A DNA stretch of 64,000 nt from Nannocystis bainbridge. GTDB lineage: Bacteria; Myxococcota_A; Polyangia; Nannocystales; Nannocystaceae. The stretch lies in the NCBI RefSeq assembly GCF_028368995.1, contig NZ_JAQNDL010000003.1, positions 2,560,001-2,624,000 of the forward strand, given 5' to 3'. Both the position numbers and the translations under genes were made by a program. A model generated the notes under the pieces. That model worked only from the letters and a program-made list of their open reading frames with translations, searched no databases and had not been told where the DNA came from. This document shows positions 34,256 to 43,587 of the stretch, in pieces; the stretch's first letter is position 1, and each line of letters starts with the position of its first letter.

Positions 34256-35353
34256 ATGACGACACCACCACGCAAGTTGGCGATCGCGACCGGCGGCGGC
34301 GACTGCCCCGGCCTCAACGCGGTCATCCGCGCCGTCGTCCTGCGGGCCCACGCCGCCGGCCTCGAGGTCCTCGGCGTCGAGGACGGCCTCAACGGCCTGC
34401 TCGAAGGGACAGGTGCCACCGTGCGCGCCTTGACCCCGCTCGAGGTCACCCCGATCCTCGGCCGCGGCGGCACCATCCTCGGCACCACCAACCGCTGCAG
34501 CCCGTTCGCCTGGCGCGACCCTGACGGCACCACCCGCGACCGCGGCGACGAGCTGCTGGGGCGGGCCCGGGCGCTCGGCATCGACGTCCTGATCAACGTC
34601 GGCGGCGACGGCTCGCAGGCCCTCTCGCTCGAGCTGACGCGCCGCGGCATGACCGTCATCGGCGTGCCGAAGACCATCGACAACGACCTCGACGCCACCG
34701 TCGAGACCTTCGGCTTCGGCACTGCTGTCCAGGTCGTCACCGACGCGCTCGACCGCCTGCGCACCACCGCCGAGTCGCATGACCGCACCATGATCCTCGA
34801 GGTCATGGGTCGTCACGCCGGGTGGATCGCCCTCCACAGCGGCATCGCCGGCGGCGCCGACGTCATCCTCATCCCCGAGCTGCCTTACGCCCCGGCCCAC
34901 GTCGCCCGCGACCTCATGCGCACGCTCGGCGGCGGCCGTCACTTCGCCCTCGTCGTCGTCGCCGAGGGATGCACCTGCGTCGGCGGCGAGGTCACGCAGC
35001 GGCCGGTCTCCGGTGGCCTCGGCCCTTCGAAGATCCTCGGCGGCGCCGGTCAGCGCGTGGCCGAGGAGATCGCCGCCGTCGTGCCCGAGCTCGAGCTTCG
35101 CGTCACCGCGCTGGGTCACATCCAGCGCGGCGGCACGCCCACCGCCTACGATCGCCTGCTCGCCAGCCGGCTCGGCGTCGAGGCCGTCGAGGCCGCCCTG
35201 CGCGGCGAACGGAGCGTGCTCGTCTCGTCGCAGCCGCCCGACATCAAGACCGTCCCGCTCGAGCTCGCCGTCAAGAAGATGCGGGCCGTCGACCCGAGCG
35301 GCCAGCTCGTCGCCCACGCCCGCGGCCTTGGCATCAGTTTCGGCGACCTCTGA
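34256..35353 (+). CDS. pfkA: 6-phosphofructokinase (GGDG + PKTIDND; ATP-type signature)
   Basis: TGGGDCPGLNAVIR, GGTILGT, GGDGS, PKTIDND, EVMGR, LGHIQRGG. Confidence 0.93.
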   Translation: MTTPPRKLAIATGGGDCPGLNAVIRAVVLRAHAAGLEVLGVEDGLNGLLEGTGATVRALTPLEVTPILGRGGTILGTTNRCSPFAWRDPDGTTRDRGDELLGRARALGIDVLINVGGDGSQALSLELTRRGMTVIGVPKTIDNDLDATVETFGFGTAVQVVTDALDRLRTTAESHDRTMILEVMGRHAGWIALHSGIAGGADVILIPELPYAPAHVARDLMRTLGGGRHFALVVVAEGCTCVGGEVTQRPVSGGLGPSKILGGAGQRVAEEIAAVVPELELRVTALGHIQRGGTPTAYDRLLASRLGVEAVEAALRGERSVLVSSQPPDIKTVPLELAVKKMRAVDPSGQLVAHARGLGISFGDL

Positions 35354-35420
35354 TCGCTTGCGCGGCGATGCGCGATCTTGGTTGCGGCCCGACGCAACCC
35401 GCGCCATCCTCCCGCCTCCC

Positions 35421-35756
35421 ATGGACGGAATCAGTCAGGCGATCCTCGAGCACGCGGACGGTGCCGGCACCCGCGGCGTGGCCATGGGGCAGCTTGTCGA
35501 CGCGCTGGTCGGCCGCGGTTACACGCCCGAGGCCGTCGAGCAGGCGATCTGGTCGCTGCTCGGCGCCCGTCGCCTGACCCCGAGCGGCTTCCTCTGCCGT
35601 CAGCTGCGCCGCCGCGACACCTTCGGCGAGATGGTGCAGACCCGCTGCTACGAGCTCCTGCTGGCCCCCTGGTCGAGCGAGCTCGATCACCAGCTCGACC
35701 TCGACCTCGCCGCCGAAGCCGAGGTCGAGGCCGAGCGAGACGACCCCGCGCCATGA
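35421..35756 (+). CDS. Hypothetical protein (possible winged-helix)
   Basis: Coding-like codon use; ATGA overlap with dus; acidic tail. Confidence 0.55.
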   Translation: MDGISQAILEHADGAGTRGVAMGQLVDALVGRGYTPEAVEQAIWSLLGARRLTPSGFLCRQLRRRDTFGEMVQTRCYELLLAPWSSELDHQLDLDLAAEAEVEAERDDPAP

Positions 35757-36871
35757 CCCTCGGGGCCTGCGAGCGCTTCGTCGCCGACCCCGGCCAGCGC
35801 GTCGCCGAAGCTGTCCTCGAGGACATGCGCCGCGCCGGCCTCGCGACCTGGGCCGTCACCTGGTCCGAGCGTCACCGCGTCGCCGCGCGCCCTGGCGACC
35901 CCGGCCTCTACCTCGCCCTCGCGCCGATGGACGGCATCACCGACGCCGTCTATCGCCGCCTCTTGACCGACCAGTTCGGCGGGCGCAGCGGCATCAGCCT
36001 GTGCGTCTCCGAGTTCGTGCGGGTCACGCGAGACCCGGTGCCCGCCGCCGTGCTCTTGCGCGACGTCCCCGAGCTCGCCCACGGCGGCCACACCCGCGCC
36101 GGCGTCCCGGTGTACGTGCAACTGCTGGGCGGCGACCCCGAGCCGCTGGCCGAGACGGCTCGCCGCGCCGCCGAGCTCGGCGCTCCCGGCATCGACCTCA
36201 ACTTCGGCTGCCCGGCCAAGACCGTCAACAACCACGACGGCGGCGCCAGCTTGCTGCGCGCCCCGCAGCGGATCCACTCCATCGTCGCCCGCGTCCGCGA
36301 CCTCGTCCCCGCGCACATCCCCGTCACAGCCAAGGTCCGCGTCGGCTGGGACTCGAGCGACGGCCTCGAAGAGATCGCCGTCGCCGCGGCCAGCGGGGGC
36401 GCCGCCTGGCTCACCGTGCACGCCCGCACCCGCGCCCAGCTCTACCAGCCGCCTGTGCGCTGGCCCGACCTCGCCCGCGCCCGCGCGGCCGTCGCGATCC
36501 CCGTGGTCGCCAACGGCGACCTGCGGGCCCCGGGCGACCTGTCCCATTGTGCAGCCCAGAGCTGCTGCCACGCCTTCATGATCGGTCGGGCGGCGATGGC
36601 TCGCCCTGACCTGTTCGCCGTCATCCGCGGCGCGCGCCAGGACCGACCGCTGCCGCTCGCCGAGCTGGCCGGCATCGTCCGCGACTACCACGCCGCCATG
36701 CGCGACGACGGGCTGGAGCCGGGCCGCGCTGTCGCACGGGTCAAGCAGTGGCTGCGGCTCGCTGCCCAGCTCGACCCGCGCGTCGAGCCGCACTTCGCCG
36801 CCACCAAGACCGCCGTCGCCTGGCCGCCGATCGACGCCCACCTCGCCGGCATCGTCGACGACGATTCGTAA
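35753..36871 (+). CDS. tRNA-dihydrouridine synthase (DusC-like)
   Basis: LAPMDG, QLLG, DLNFGCP, AKVRVG, VHART, ANGD, MIGR. Confidence 0.88.
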   Translation: MTLGACERFVADPGQRVAEAVLEDMRRAGLATWAVTWSERHRVAARPGDPGLYLALAPMDGITDAVYRRLLTDQFGGRSGISLCVSEFVRVTRDPVPAAVLLRDVPELAHGGHTRAGVPVYVQLLGGDPEPLAETARRAAELGAPGIDLNFGCPAKTVNNHDGGASLLRAPQRIHSIVARVRDLVPAHIPVTAKVRVGWDSSDGLEEIAVAAASGGAAWLTVHARTRAQLYQPPVRWPDLARARAAVAIPVVANGDLRAPGDLSHCAAQSCCHAFMIGRAAMARPDLFAVIRGARQDRPLPLAELAGIVRDYHAAMRDDGLEPGRAVARVKQWLRLAAQLDPRVEPHFAATKTAVAWPPIDAHLAGIVDDDS

Positions 36872-36883
36872 GATCGTCCGCGC

Positions 36884-36928
36884 AAAAAACCCCGCACAGG
36901 CTGATTGTCGAGTTCTGCCTGCGCGGGG
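36884..36928 (-). terminator. Rho-independent terminator
   Basis: Minus strand CCCCGCGCAGGC/GCCTGTGCGGGG stem followed by TTTTTT, downstream of the DUF1328 gene. Confidence 0.6.
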
Positions 36929-36967
36929 GTGCTGCGTCTGCTTGATTTTGTATGGAAGCCAGCGGCG

Positions 36968-37156
36968 TCACCAGCCGCGCACGAACCCGAGGCCCAGCGA
37001 CACGAGGGCCGCGAACAGGAACACCAGGAACAGCGCGCGCGCCATCCCGGTCGCCGTGGTCGCCGCGACCTTCGGGGCCGTGCTCACATAGCCCGAGAAC
37101 CCCAGCGCTCCGGCCAGGAGCGCGAGCGTCAAGAAGCTGACCGTCCAAATGAGCAT
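36968..37156 (-). CDS. DUF1328-family small membrane protein
   Basis: MLIWTVSFLTLALLAGALGFSG...ARALFLVFL. Confidence 0.7.
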   Translation of the reverse strand: MLIWTVSFLTLALLAGALGFSGYVSTAPKVAATTATGMARALFLVFLFAALVSLGLGFVRGW

Positions 37157-37417
37157 CGCTCGCCTCGCATCTGCGCAAGTTTCATGAAACGGCCCGCCGG
37201 ACCTGTCAAGCGCGCTACCGACCTCGAGCAACCCACGTCGCACCTGGCGCGCCCCGCGAAACCCCTGACACGATCTTGATGCCTCGCGGCACCACGCCCG
37301 CCTCGCGACCTGGCTTCAAGCGCACGCGATCGAAACGCGCCGAGCGTCGCGCACCGCCGATCGATGCACCGCCATCGATCGCGGCCGCTGTCCGAATGGA
37401 AGACGCGGTCTCGAGCT

Positions 37418-38689
37418 TCACCCGCCCGATGCGCAGTCGCCTCGCAGCACCAGGTCCTCGCCGCTCGCCTCGAGCTTCGTCCCCTGCGCCTCGCTCAGCG
37501 TCGACATCCGCGCCCGGACCGTCTTGCCCATGCCCTTCGTCGCCGGCACCGGGTGCTTGCTCGGCGTCCGCTTGATGTACGCCGGATGGAACGTCAGCGT
37601 CTCGAGGCACGAATTCCCGCTGAAGCGCGCCCGCAGCACCCCCGTCAGGCGCGGGACCTCGTGCGTGTTCTCGAACAAGAAGTTGCCCAGCGAGTACGCG
37701 ATCGCCTTTTTTCCGTATTGCTCGATCGCCTGCAGCACGTGCGGATGGTGCCCCACCACCAGGTCCGCCCCGCGGTCGAGCAGCGCCCGCGCCTGCCGCT
37801 GCTGATGGGCCCCCGGCGCATCCGCGTACTCCTCGCCCCAGTGCACGAACACGATGATCAAATCGTGGGACGCCCGCGCCGCGTCGATCACAGGACCCAG
37901 CGTCGCTTCAAAGTCATTCGTCGACAGGAACGGCAGCTCCGGCGTATCCGGGAACTGCGGCGCGTTGCGGCGTGAAGTCACCGCCAGCAGCCCGATCTTC
38001 CACCCGCGGCGCTCGAACGCCTCGACGCGGAAGATCGGCGGCTCGCTGCGCGACGCCCCCAGCGGCACGATGCCCAGCTCCTCGAGGATCTTGGGCGATT
38101 GCAGCAGCCCGTCCGTCCGTTGATCGAACGAGTGATTGTTGGCCAGGCTGAGCGCCGCGAACCCGCCGTCGACCAGGTGCTGCGCCATCGCCTTCGACGC
38201 CCCGAACGCGAACCTGGCCCCGATCGGGCTCTTCACCGGCAGCTCGTACACCAGCGGCGTCTCGAGGTTGCCGACCAGCAGGTCGCTCTTCATCGTCTCA
38301 AAAATGTCATCGAACGGCCGCTCACCCTCACCGACGATCGGGTCGAACGCCGACGCGCGGTAGCGGCCGAAGATGATGTCACCGACGAACGTGATCTCGA
38401 GCGGCTCGCGCGTCACCGCCGGCTCGACCTTCGCCGGCTCGGCCTCTTCCGCACTTCTGTCCTCCGGGACAGGTTCTTCGAACCGCCGCCCCGCCGCTTC
38501 GTTGCTGTCCTCCGGGACAGGCGCGGGCGCCACCGCCGGCGCCGTCGGCTGGGCCACCGTCGCGCTCTCGCGCCCTGCCCCCGAGCACCCCGGCAGTCCC
38601 GGGACGGAGACCAGAGCAGCGAGAGCGGCGATCCGAACCAGTCCTGGCAAGGCGCGCGGGAGATACGCCCAAACCCTCGCCGCGCGCAA
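37418..38689 (-). CDS. CapA (poly-gamma-glutamate synthesis)-like metallophosphoesterase lipoprotein
   Basis: VGDI, GNLETP, LANNHSFD, HWGEEY, GHHPHV, YSLGNF; LPGC lipobox. Start uncertain. Confidence 0.85.
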   Translation of the reverse strand: MRAARVWAYLPRALPGLVRIAALAALVSVPGLPGCSGAGRESATVAQPTAPAVAPAPVPEDSNEAAGRRFEEPVPEDRSAEEAEPAKVEPAVTREPLEITFVGDIIFGRYRASAFDPIVGEGERPFDDIFETMKSDLLVGNLETPLVYELPVKSPIGARFAFGASKAMAQHLVDGGFAALSLANNHSFDQRTDGLLQSPKILEELGIVPLGASRSEPPIFRVEAFERRGWKIGLLAVTSRRNAPQFPDTPELPFLSTNDFEATLGPVIDAARASHDLIIVFVHWGEEYADAPGAHQQRQARALLDRGADLVVGHHPHVLQAIEQYGKKAIAYSLGNFLFENTHEVPRLTGVLRARFSGNSCLETLTFHPAYIKRTPSKHPVPATKGMGKTVRARMSTLSEAQGTKLEASGEDLVLRGDCASGG

Positions 38690-38793
38690 GAGTTCGGCGC
38701 TTGCGCCGTCCTCGTGCGCGTCGCCGTGGCCCGTCCCCTGGGTCCATGCGCGCGAACTCCCCGCGCCTCGCCTCGTTCGCTACACTGCGTCCC

Positions 38794-39684
38794 GTGCCCC
38801 TCGACGCCACCCGACGCCGCGCCGCCGTCCTGCTCGGCCTCGTCGGCCTCGTCGCCGCCGTCGAGTGGATCGCCGCCGCTCGCGCTTATCGCTCGATCCT
38901 CGGCCCCGCCGACTGGGACGCTGCCGCTGCCGCTCTCGCTGCCCTCCCGCCCGACGAGCCCGTCCTGCTCGCCGACGACTGGCTCGGCCCCACCGCCCGC
39001 CGCCACCTCCTCCCGCTCCAGCGCTCTCTCGGCCGCCCCGACCTCCACGGCGCCCCCCGCTTCCACGTCCTCGCCCTCGGCGAAGCGCTGCCGGCCGACC
39101 TGCGCGCCGACCTCGGCGACCTCGCCCCCGAGCCGCTCGGCGTCGACCCGCTCGGTCCGCTTACCCTCCATCACTTCGCCACGCCTTCGGGACATGTCCT
39201 GTGGGACATCCTCGATCAGCCCGCCCTGCTCGCCGCCGACCGCGCCGGCCCCTGCCGCAAGGCTCAGCGGACCTGGGTCTGCAAGCACGGCCGCGCCACC
39301 GTCCGCCACGCCGAGATCGCCTACCGCCCACGCCGCTGCCTCGCCATCGACATGAGCGACGGCGCCGCCCTCGAACTGCGCGGCCGCGTCGACCTCGGCG
39401 CGCGCCTGCGCGGCCACCTCGGCTTCACCGACTTCAACGGCCGCCTCCGCAACGACGCCCCCGCCATCGTCGAGCTCGAGCTCGACGGCGTCCCGAAGGC
39501 CCGCTGGCTCGTCAGCGACAACCAGGGCTGGGCCGCCTTCGAGCTCGCCACCACCCCCGGCCCCGCCGAGCTCACCATCCGCGTCACCAACCTGCTCGCC
39601 GGCACCTTTAATCCGGGCGGCTACGACCCCGAAACGCGCCGGATCCCCTGCCTCGACCTGCGCGCCATCACGGAGCCCACGTGA
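38794..39684 (+). CDS. Hypothetical membrane-anchored protein with beta-sandwich-like C-terminus
   Basis: N-terminal TM; TACACT 7 nt before GTG 38794. Confidence 0.6.
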   Translation: MPLDATRRRAAVLLGLVGLVAAVEWIAAARAYRSILGPADWDAAAAALAALPPDEPVLLADDWLGPTARRHLLPLQRSLGRPDLHGAPRFHVLALGEALPADLRADLGDLAPEPLGVDPLGPLTLHHFATPSGHVLWDILDQPALLAADRAGPCRKAQRTWVCKHGRATVRHAEIAYRPRRCLAIDMSDGAALELRGRVDLGARLRGHLGFTDFNGRLRNDAPAIVELELDGVPKARWLVSDNQGWAAFELATTPGPAELTIRVTNLLAGTFNPGGYDPETRRIPCLDLRAITEPT

Positions 39685-39835
39685 CGCCCAGAACGCACCC
39701 GCGCCGCACGCACGCTCAGGAGCTCCCGTGGCGCCCCGAACGCACCCGTCGCAGCCGCACGCGCGCCCAGGAGCCCACGTGACGCCCGAAAACCACTCGC
39801 GCCGCCGCACGCACGCTCAGGAGCTCCCGTGACGC
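39672..39835. repeat. ~49-nt tandem repeat (three units plus a partial fourth) of the gene junction
   Basis: GGAGC(C/T)C(A/C)CGTG at 39672, 39719, 39770, 39820. Confidence 0.85.
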
Positions 39836-41817
39836 CGCGCGCCACTCGACGCCTCACGATCGCCGCCGCCCTCGCGCTCGGCCTCGCCGTCGTCCTCCTG
39901 CTCGCCCGCGGCCACCGCGATGTCGGCTACGTCCGTGACGAGGGCATCTACTTCCACGCCAGCCGCGCCTACGCCGACTGGGCCGTGCGCGGCCTGCAGT
40001 CGCCCTCCGTCCTGTTCGACCGCCCCGCCCGCGACCGCGCTTTTGCCGTCAACCACGAGCACCCGGCCCTGATGAAGCTCGCCGGCGGCCTGTCCGCCCG
40101 CCTGTTCTCCGCGCCAGGTCCTGGCGGCCAGCCCCCCGAGACCCGCGCCCAGCCCGGCCTCGCGCCGATCATGCCCGAAGGCGCCGCCATGCGCCTGCCC
40201 GCCCAGCTCCTCGCCGGCCTCGGCGTCGTCCTCCTGTTCCTCGCCGGCGCCGGCCTCACCCGCAAACGGCCTGTCCTCGGGGACAGCCCGCTATCCGCCC
40301 CTCCCGCATCGCCCCGCCCCGCGACGCCCGTCACTGACCTGTCCCCCGGGACATCCTCGCCCCGCGAACCCAACCTGTCCCCCGAGACATCCTCGCCTCG
40401 CGCGACCGACCTGTCCCCCGAGACATCCTCAACGCTCGGCTCAAGCAGGGTGTTCGCGACCGGCACAGCTCCCGCCGCCGACCCGTCCCCCGGGACATCC
40501 TCGCCCCGCGAGCCCAACCTGTCCCCCGGGACATCCTCGCCCTCCGACCTGTCCCCCGAGACATCCGCCCTCTCCCCGCTGATCCCCGCCGTCCTCGCCG
40601 CCCTGTGGTTCATCGGCTTGCCGCACGTGTGGTTCCACGCCGGCCTCCACTGCTTCGACGTCCCCGTCGCCGTCCTCACTCTCGCCGTCGTCCTCTGCTA
40701 TCGCCGCGCCCTCGCCTCCTGGCGCTGGTCCCTCTTGCTCGGCCCGCTCCTCGGCGTTGCCATCTCCGTCAAGCACAACGCCCTCTTCATCCCCGTCCTG
40801 CTCGGCGTCCACTACCTCGCCTGCCTCGCCCTCGCCCGCCGTCGCCCCAGCCGCGGCCAACTGCTCCCGCTGCCTTTCCTCAGCATGGCTCTGCTCGCCC
40901 CGCCGACCGTGCTCGCCCTGTGGCCGTGGTTATGGAGCGACCCGCTCGCGCGCCTCGGCGAATATCTCGAGTTTCACCGCCTCCACGCCTATTACAACAC
41001 CGAATATTTCTCCATCAATTACAACCAGCCGCCGCTGCCGTGGAGCTACCCGTTCGTCCTCACCTGGGCCACCGTACCCACCGCCCTGCTCCTGCTGGCC
41101 GCGATCGGCCTCGTGCTCGCTGTCCGCAGCGACCTGTCCTCCAGGCCATCCGCCGATCTCTGTCCCGCCCGCTTCACCGCCCCTCTGCGCGGCCACCCCG
41201 CCCGCGACGGCCTATTGTGGGCCCTGTTCGGCCTGTTCCCGCTGCTCCTCATCAGCCTGCCGACCATCCCGATCTTCGGCGGCACCAAGCACTGGATCAC
41301 CGCCTACCCCTTCCTCGCCCTCGCCGCCGCCTTCGCCTACGTCACCCTGTGGCGCAGCCTCGCCCTCACCGGCCGCGCCCGCCACCTGCCCGCCGCCCTG
41401 CTGCCGCTGCTGCTCGTGCCCGCGCTGTGGAGCACGCTCCACGGCCACCCCTACAACCTCTCGCAGTACGCCCCGCTGGCCGGCGGCGCCCGCGGGGCCG
41501 CCGACCTCGGCCTCATGCGCGGCTTCTGGGGCAGCGCCGTCCTCCCGCTGCTGGATGACCTGTCCGAACGACCAGGTCCGCTCCACCTCCACGACCTCCA
41601 CGAGCTGGCCCGCCTGCAGTACGAACGCGAGGGCCGCTGGCCCCCCGGCACCACCTCCGCCCCGCTGACGCGCGCCCGCGCCGCCCTGCTGTTCCACGAG
41701 CGCCACATGCTCTCCAACGAGGTCGACGCCTGGAACCATTTTCAAAACTCGGCCCCGCTCGACGTCATCACCCTCGACGACGTGCCGCTGACCAGCCTCT
41801 ACGCCGGCAGCAAGTGA
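39829..41817 (+). CDS. GT-C fold (PMT_2/ArnT-like) membrane glycosyltransferase with repeat insertion
   Basis: RDEGIY after TM1, NHEHPALMK, FDVP, SVKHNA, many TM segments. Confidence 0.75.
   Translation: MTPRATRRLTIAAALALGLAVVLLLARGHRDVGYVRDEGIYFHASRAYADWAVRGLQSPSVLFDRPARDRAFAVNHEHPALMKLAGGLSARLFSAPGPGGQPPETRAQPGLAPIMPEGAAMRLPAQLLAGLGVVLLFLAGAGLTRKRPVLGDSPLSAPPASPRPATPVTDLSPGTSSPREPNLSPETSSPRATDLSPETSSTLGSSRVFATGTAPAADPSPGTSSPREPNLSPGTSSPSDLSPETSALSPLIPAVLAALWFIGLPHVWFHAGLHCFDVPVAVLTLAVVLCYRRALASWRWSLLLGPLLGVAISVKHNALFIPVLLGVHYLACLALARRRPSRGQLLPLPFLSMALLAPPTVLALWPWLWSDPLARLGEYLEFHRLHAYYNTEYFSINYNQPPLPWSYPFVLTWATVPTALLLLAAIGLVLAVRSDLSSRPSADLCPARFTAPLRGHPARDGLLWALFGLFPLLLISLPTIPIFGGTKHWITAYPFLALAAAFAYVTLWRSLALTGRARHLPAALLPLLLVPALWSTLHGHPYNLSQYAPLAGGARGAADLGLMRGFWGSAVLPLLDDLSERPGPLHLHDLHELARLQYEREGRWPPGTTSAPLTRARAALLFHERHMLSNEVDAWNHFQNSAPLDVITLDDVPLTSLYAGSK
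40335..40566 (+). repeat. In-frame ~36-nt tandem repeat (DLSPGTSSPREPN-like)
   Basis: (T/C)GTCCCCCG(G/A)GACATCC at 40340, 40376, 40412, 40484, 40520, 40550. Confidence 0.9.
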
Positions 41818-41827
41818 ACCGCCGCCT

Positions 41828-42040
41828 TTACTCGCTCCACCCCGCTCACTGTCACTCGCGCTGCACCCCGCTCCACGCCGGCAGCGAGTGAGCCGTCGCC
41901 TCTGCTCGCTCCGCCCCATTACTCGCGCTGCTCTCCGCTCCATGCAACGAGTGAGCCGTCGCCTCTGCTCGCTCCGCCCCATTACTAGCGCTGCACCTCA
42001 GTCCACGTGGCAGCAAGTGAGCCACCGCTACTCGCTCCGC
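41828..42040. repeat. ~63-70-nt tandem repeat (about three units) between convergent genes
   Basis: GTGAGCC at 41888, 41951, 42017; CTCGCTCC at 41831, 41905, 41968, 42031. Confidence 0.85.
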
Positions 42041-43587
42041 CGCACGTACTCGCGCTGCAAGCCGGTCCACGGCGTCACCATCCCCGCCGCCGACATATAC
42101 CCCGTCATCGGCACCACCCGCGCCTCGCCTGCGAGCTGGCGCCCCGCCGCGTAACTGCGCCGCAGCGGCCCCCGCAGCCAGCCTGGCACGTCGCCGTCGA
42201 TCCACACCGCCGCAAACTCCCCACGACCCACCGCCTCTGCCAGCGTCGCCTCGATCTGCTCCCGCCTGTCCTTCGGGACATCGTGGATCCCCATCGACCC
42301 CACGTGCCCCGGCCCGCCCGCCAGCACGCTCCACCACGGCCGGTGCAGCGCCAGGATCGCCCGCGGCTCGCCCGCGAGCTCGGCCCGCAGCGCCGCGGCC
42401 CGCTCCCACAGGTCGGCCGGTGGGATCGTCCGCCATGGGTCTTGCCGCGCGTAGCTGTCCCGAAGGCCAGCCAGCCCGCGGTCCTGGATCGGCTGATACA
42501 TCGGCTCGATCACCAGCGCGAACACCAGCTGCGCCGCCACCAGCCCCAGCGCCGCCGCCTCGCCGCGCCCCACCGGCAGCACCACCGCCAGCCACGCCGC
42601 CGCGAAGCACACCCCCGGCATGAACGCGTTCGGCTCGGCCCACTGCGTCGAGTACCCCAGCGCCGACACCAGCAAGCCCGCCGCCGCCATCACCCCCCAG
42701 TATACCGGCCCGCGCCAGCTGTCTTTTTCGCCCTGTCCCGAGCGCCATGTCCTCAGCGCCAGCATGCGCCCGGCGACCAACCCCGCCAGCGCCACCAGGA
42801 ACGGCGCCGCGTGTAAAAACATCCCCCACGTCTTGCGCCAGAACCTCACCGCGTTGAACGCGTGCGCTTGATGCAATTCATAAATGTACGTCCAGAGTCG
42901 CCCCTCGGTCAGCCACTGCCCGAGCAGCACCCCGCCGCCGTCGATCGCCGCGATCGTCGCCGCGTACATCCACACCAGCCGCGGCGCCACGATCAGCCCG
43001 CCCACCCCGCTCGCCAGCACGAACACCGCCGCCGTCTGCTTGGCCCAGAACGCCGCGCCCACCAGCACCCCCGCCGCCACGATCTTTCGCCGACGCCCCG
43101 CGCTCTCGCGCAGCAAGATCAGCCCCCACAGCAGCAGCGCCAGGAAAAAACTGTCCGCGCGGGCCACGTCGTACCAGCGGAACGTGAACACGTACCCCGA
43201 TAAAAACAGCCCGACCGCTGCCGCCGCGTGCGCGCGCGGCTTGCCCTCGAATCGCACCAGCCGCCACAGCCCCGCGCACACCGCCCCGATCGCCGCGACG
43301 CTCACCGCCCGCCCGAGCACGTACCCGAGCGGCAGCACCCACCCCAGCGCCGCCAGCACCGCCGGATACAGCGGCGTGTACAAAAACGGCACGAACTCCG
43401 CCGACGGCTCGGGATACGCGCTCAGCCCCTGCTGAATTCGCAGCGCCGTGTGCAGGCTCCCGCCCTCCATCCATTCGAGCTCGAGCGGGAAGCCGATCCG
43501 GCACGCGAACACCACGATCATCACGACCGCCCACGCGATCGCCAGCCCGCCCACCAGCGCCCGCAGGCGGGTCACCCACACGCTCAC
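42028..43587 (-). CDS. GT-C fold (ArnT/PMT_2-like) membrane glycosyltransferase
   Basis: LEWMEG, YTPLYP, GRAVS, ARADS, AKQT; GTGA overlap with the upstream gene. Confidence 0.7.
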   Translation of the reverse strand: MSVWVTRLRALVGGLAIAWAVVMIVVFACRIGFPLELEWMEGGSLHTALRIQQGLSAYPEPSAEFVPFLYTPLYPAVLAALGWVLPLGYVLGRAVSVAAIGAVCAGLWRLVRFEGKPRAHAAAAVGLFLSGYVFTFRWYDVARADSFFLALLLWGLILLRESAGRRRKIVAAGVLVGAAFWAKQTAAVFVLASGVGGLIVAPRLVWMYAATIAAIDGGGVLLGQWLTEGRLWTYIYELHQAHAFNAVRFWRKTWGMFLHAAPFLVALAGLVAGRMLALRTWRSGQGEKDSWRGPVYWGVMAAAGLLVSALGYSTQWAEPNAFMPGVCFAAAWLAVVLPVGRGEAAALGLVAAQLVFALVIEPMYQPIQDRGLAGLRDSYARQDPWRTIPPADLWERAAALRAELAGEPRAILALHRPWWSVLAGGPGHVGSMGIHDVPKDRREQIEATLAEAVGRGEFAAVWIDGDVPGWLRGPLRRSYAAGRQLAGEARVVPMTGYMSAAGMVTPWTGLQREYVRRSE

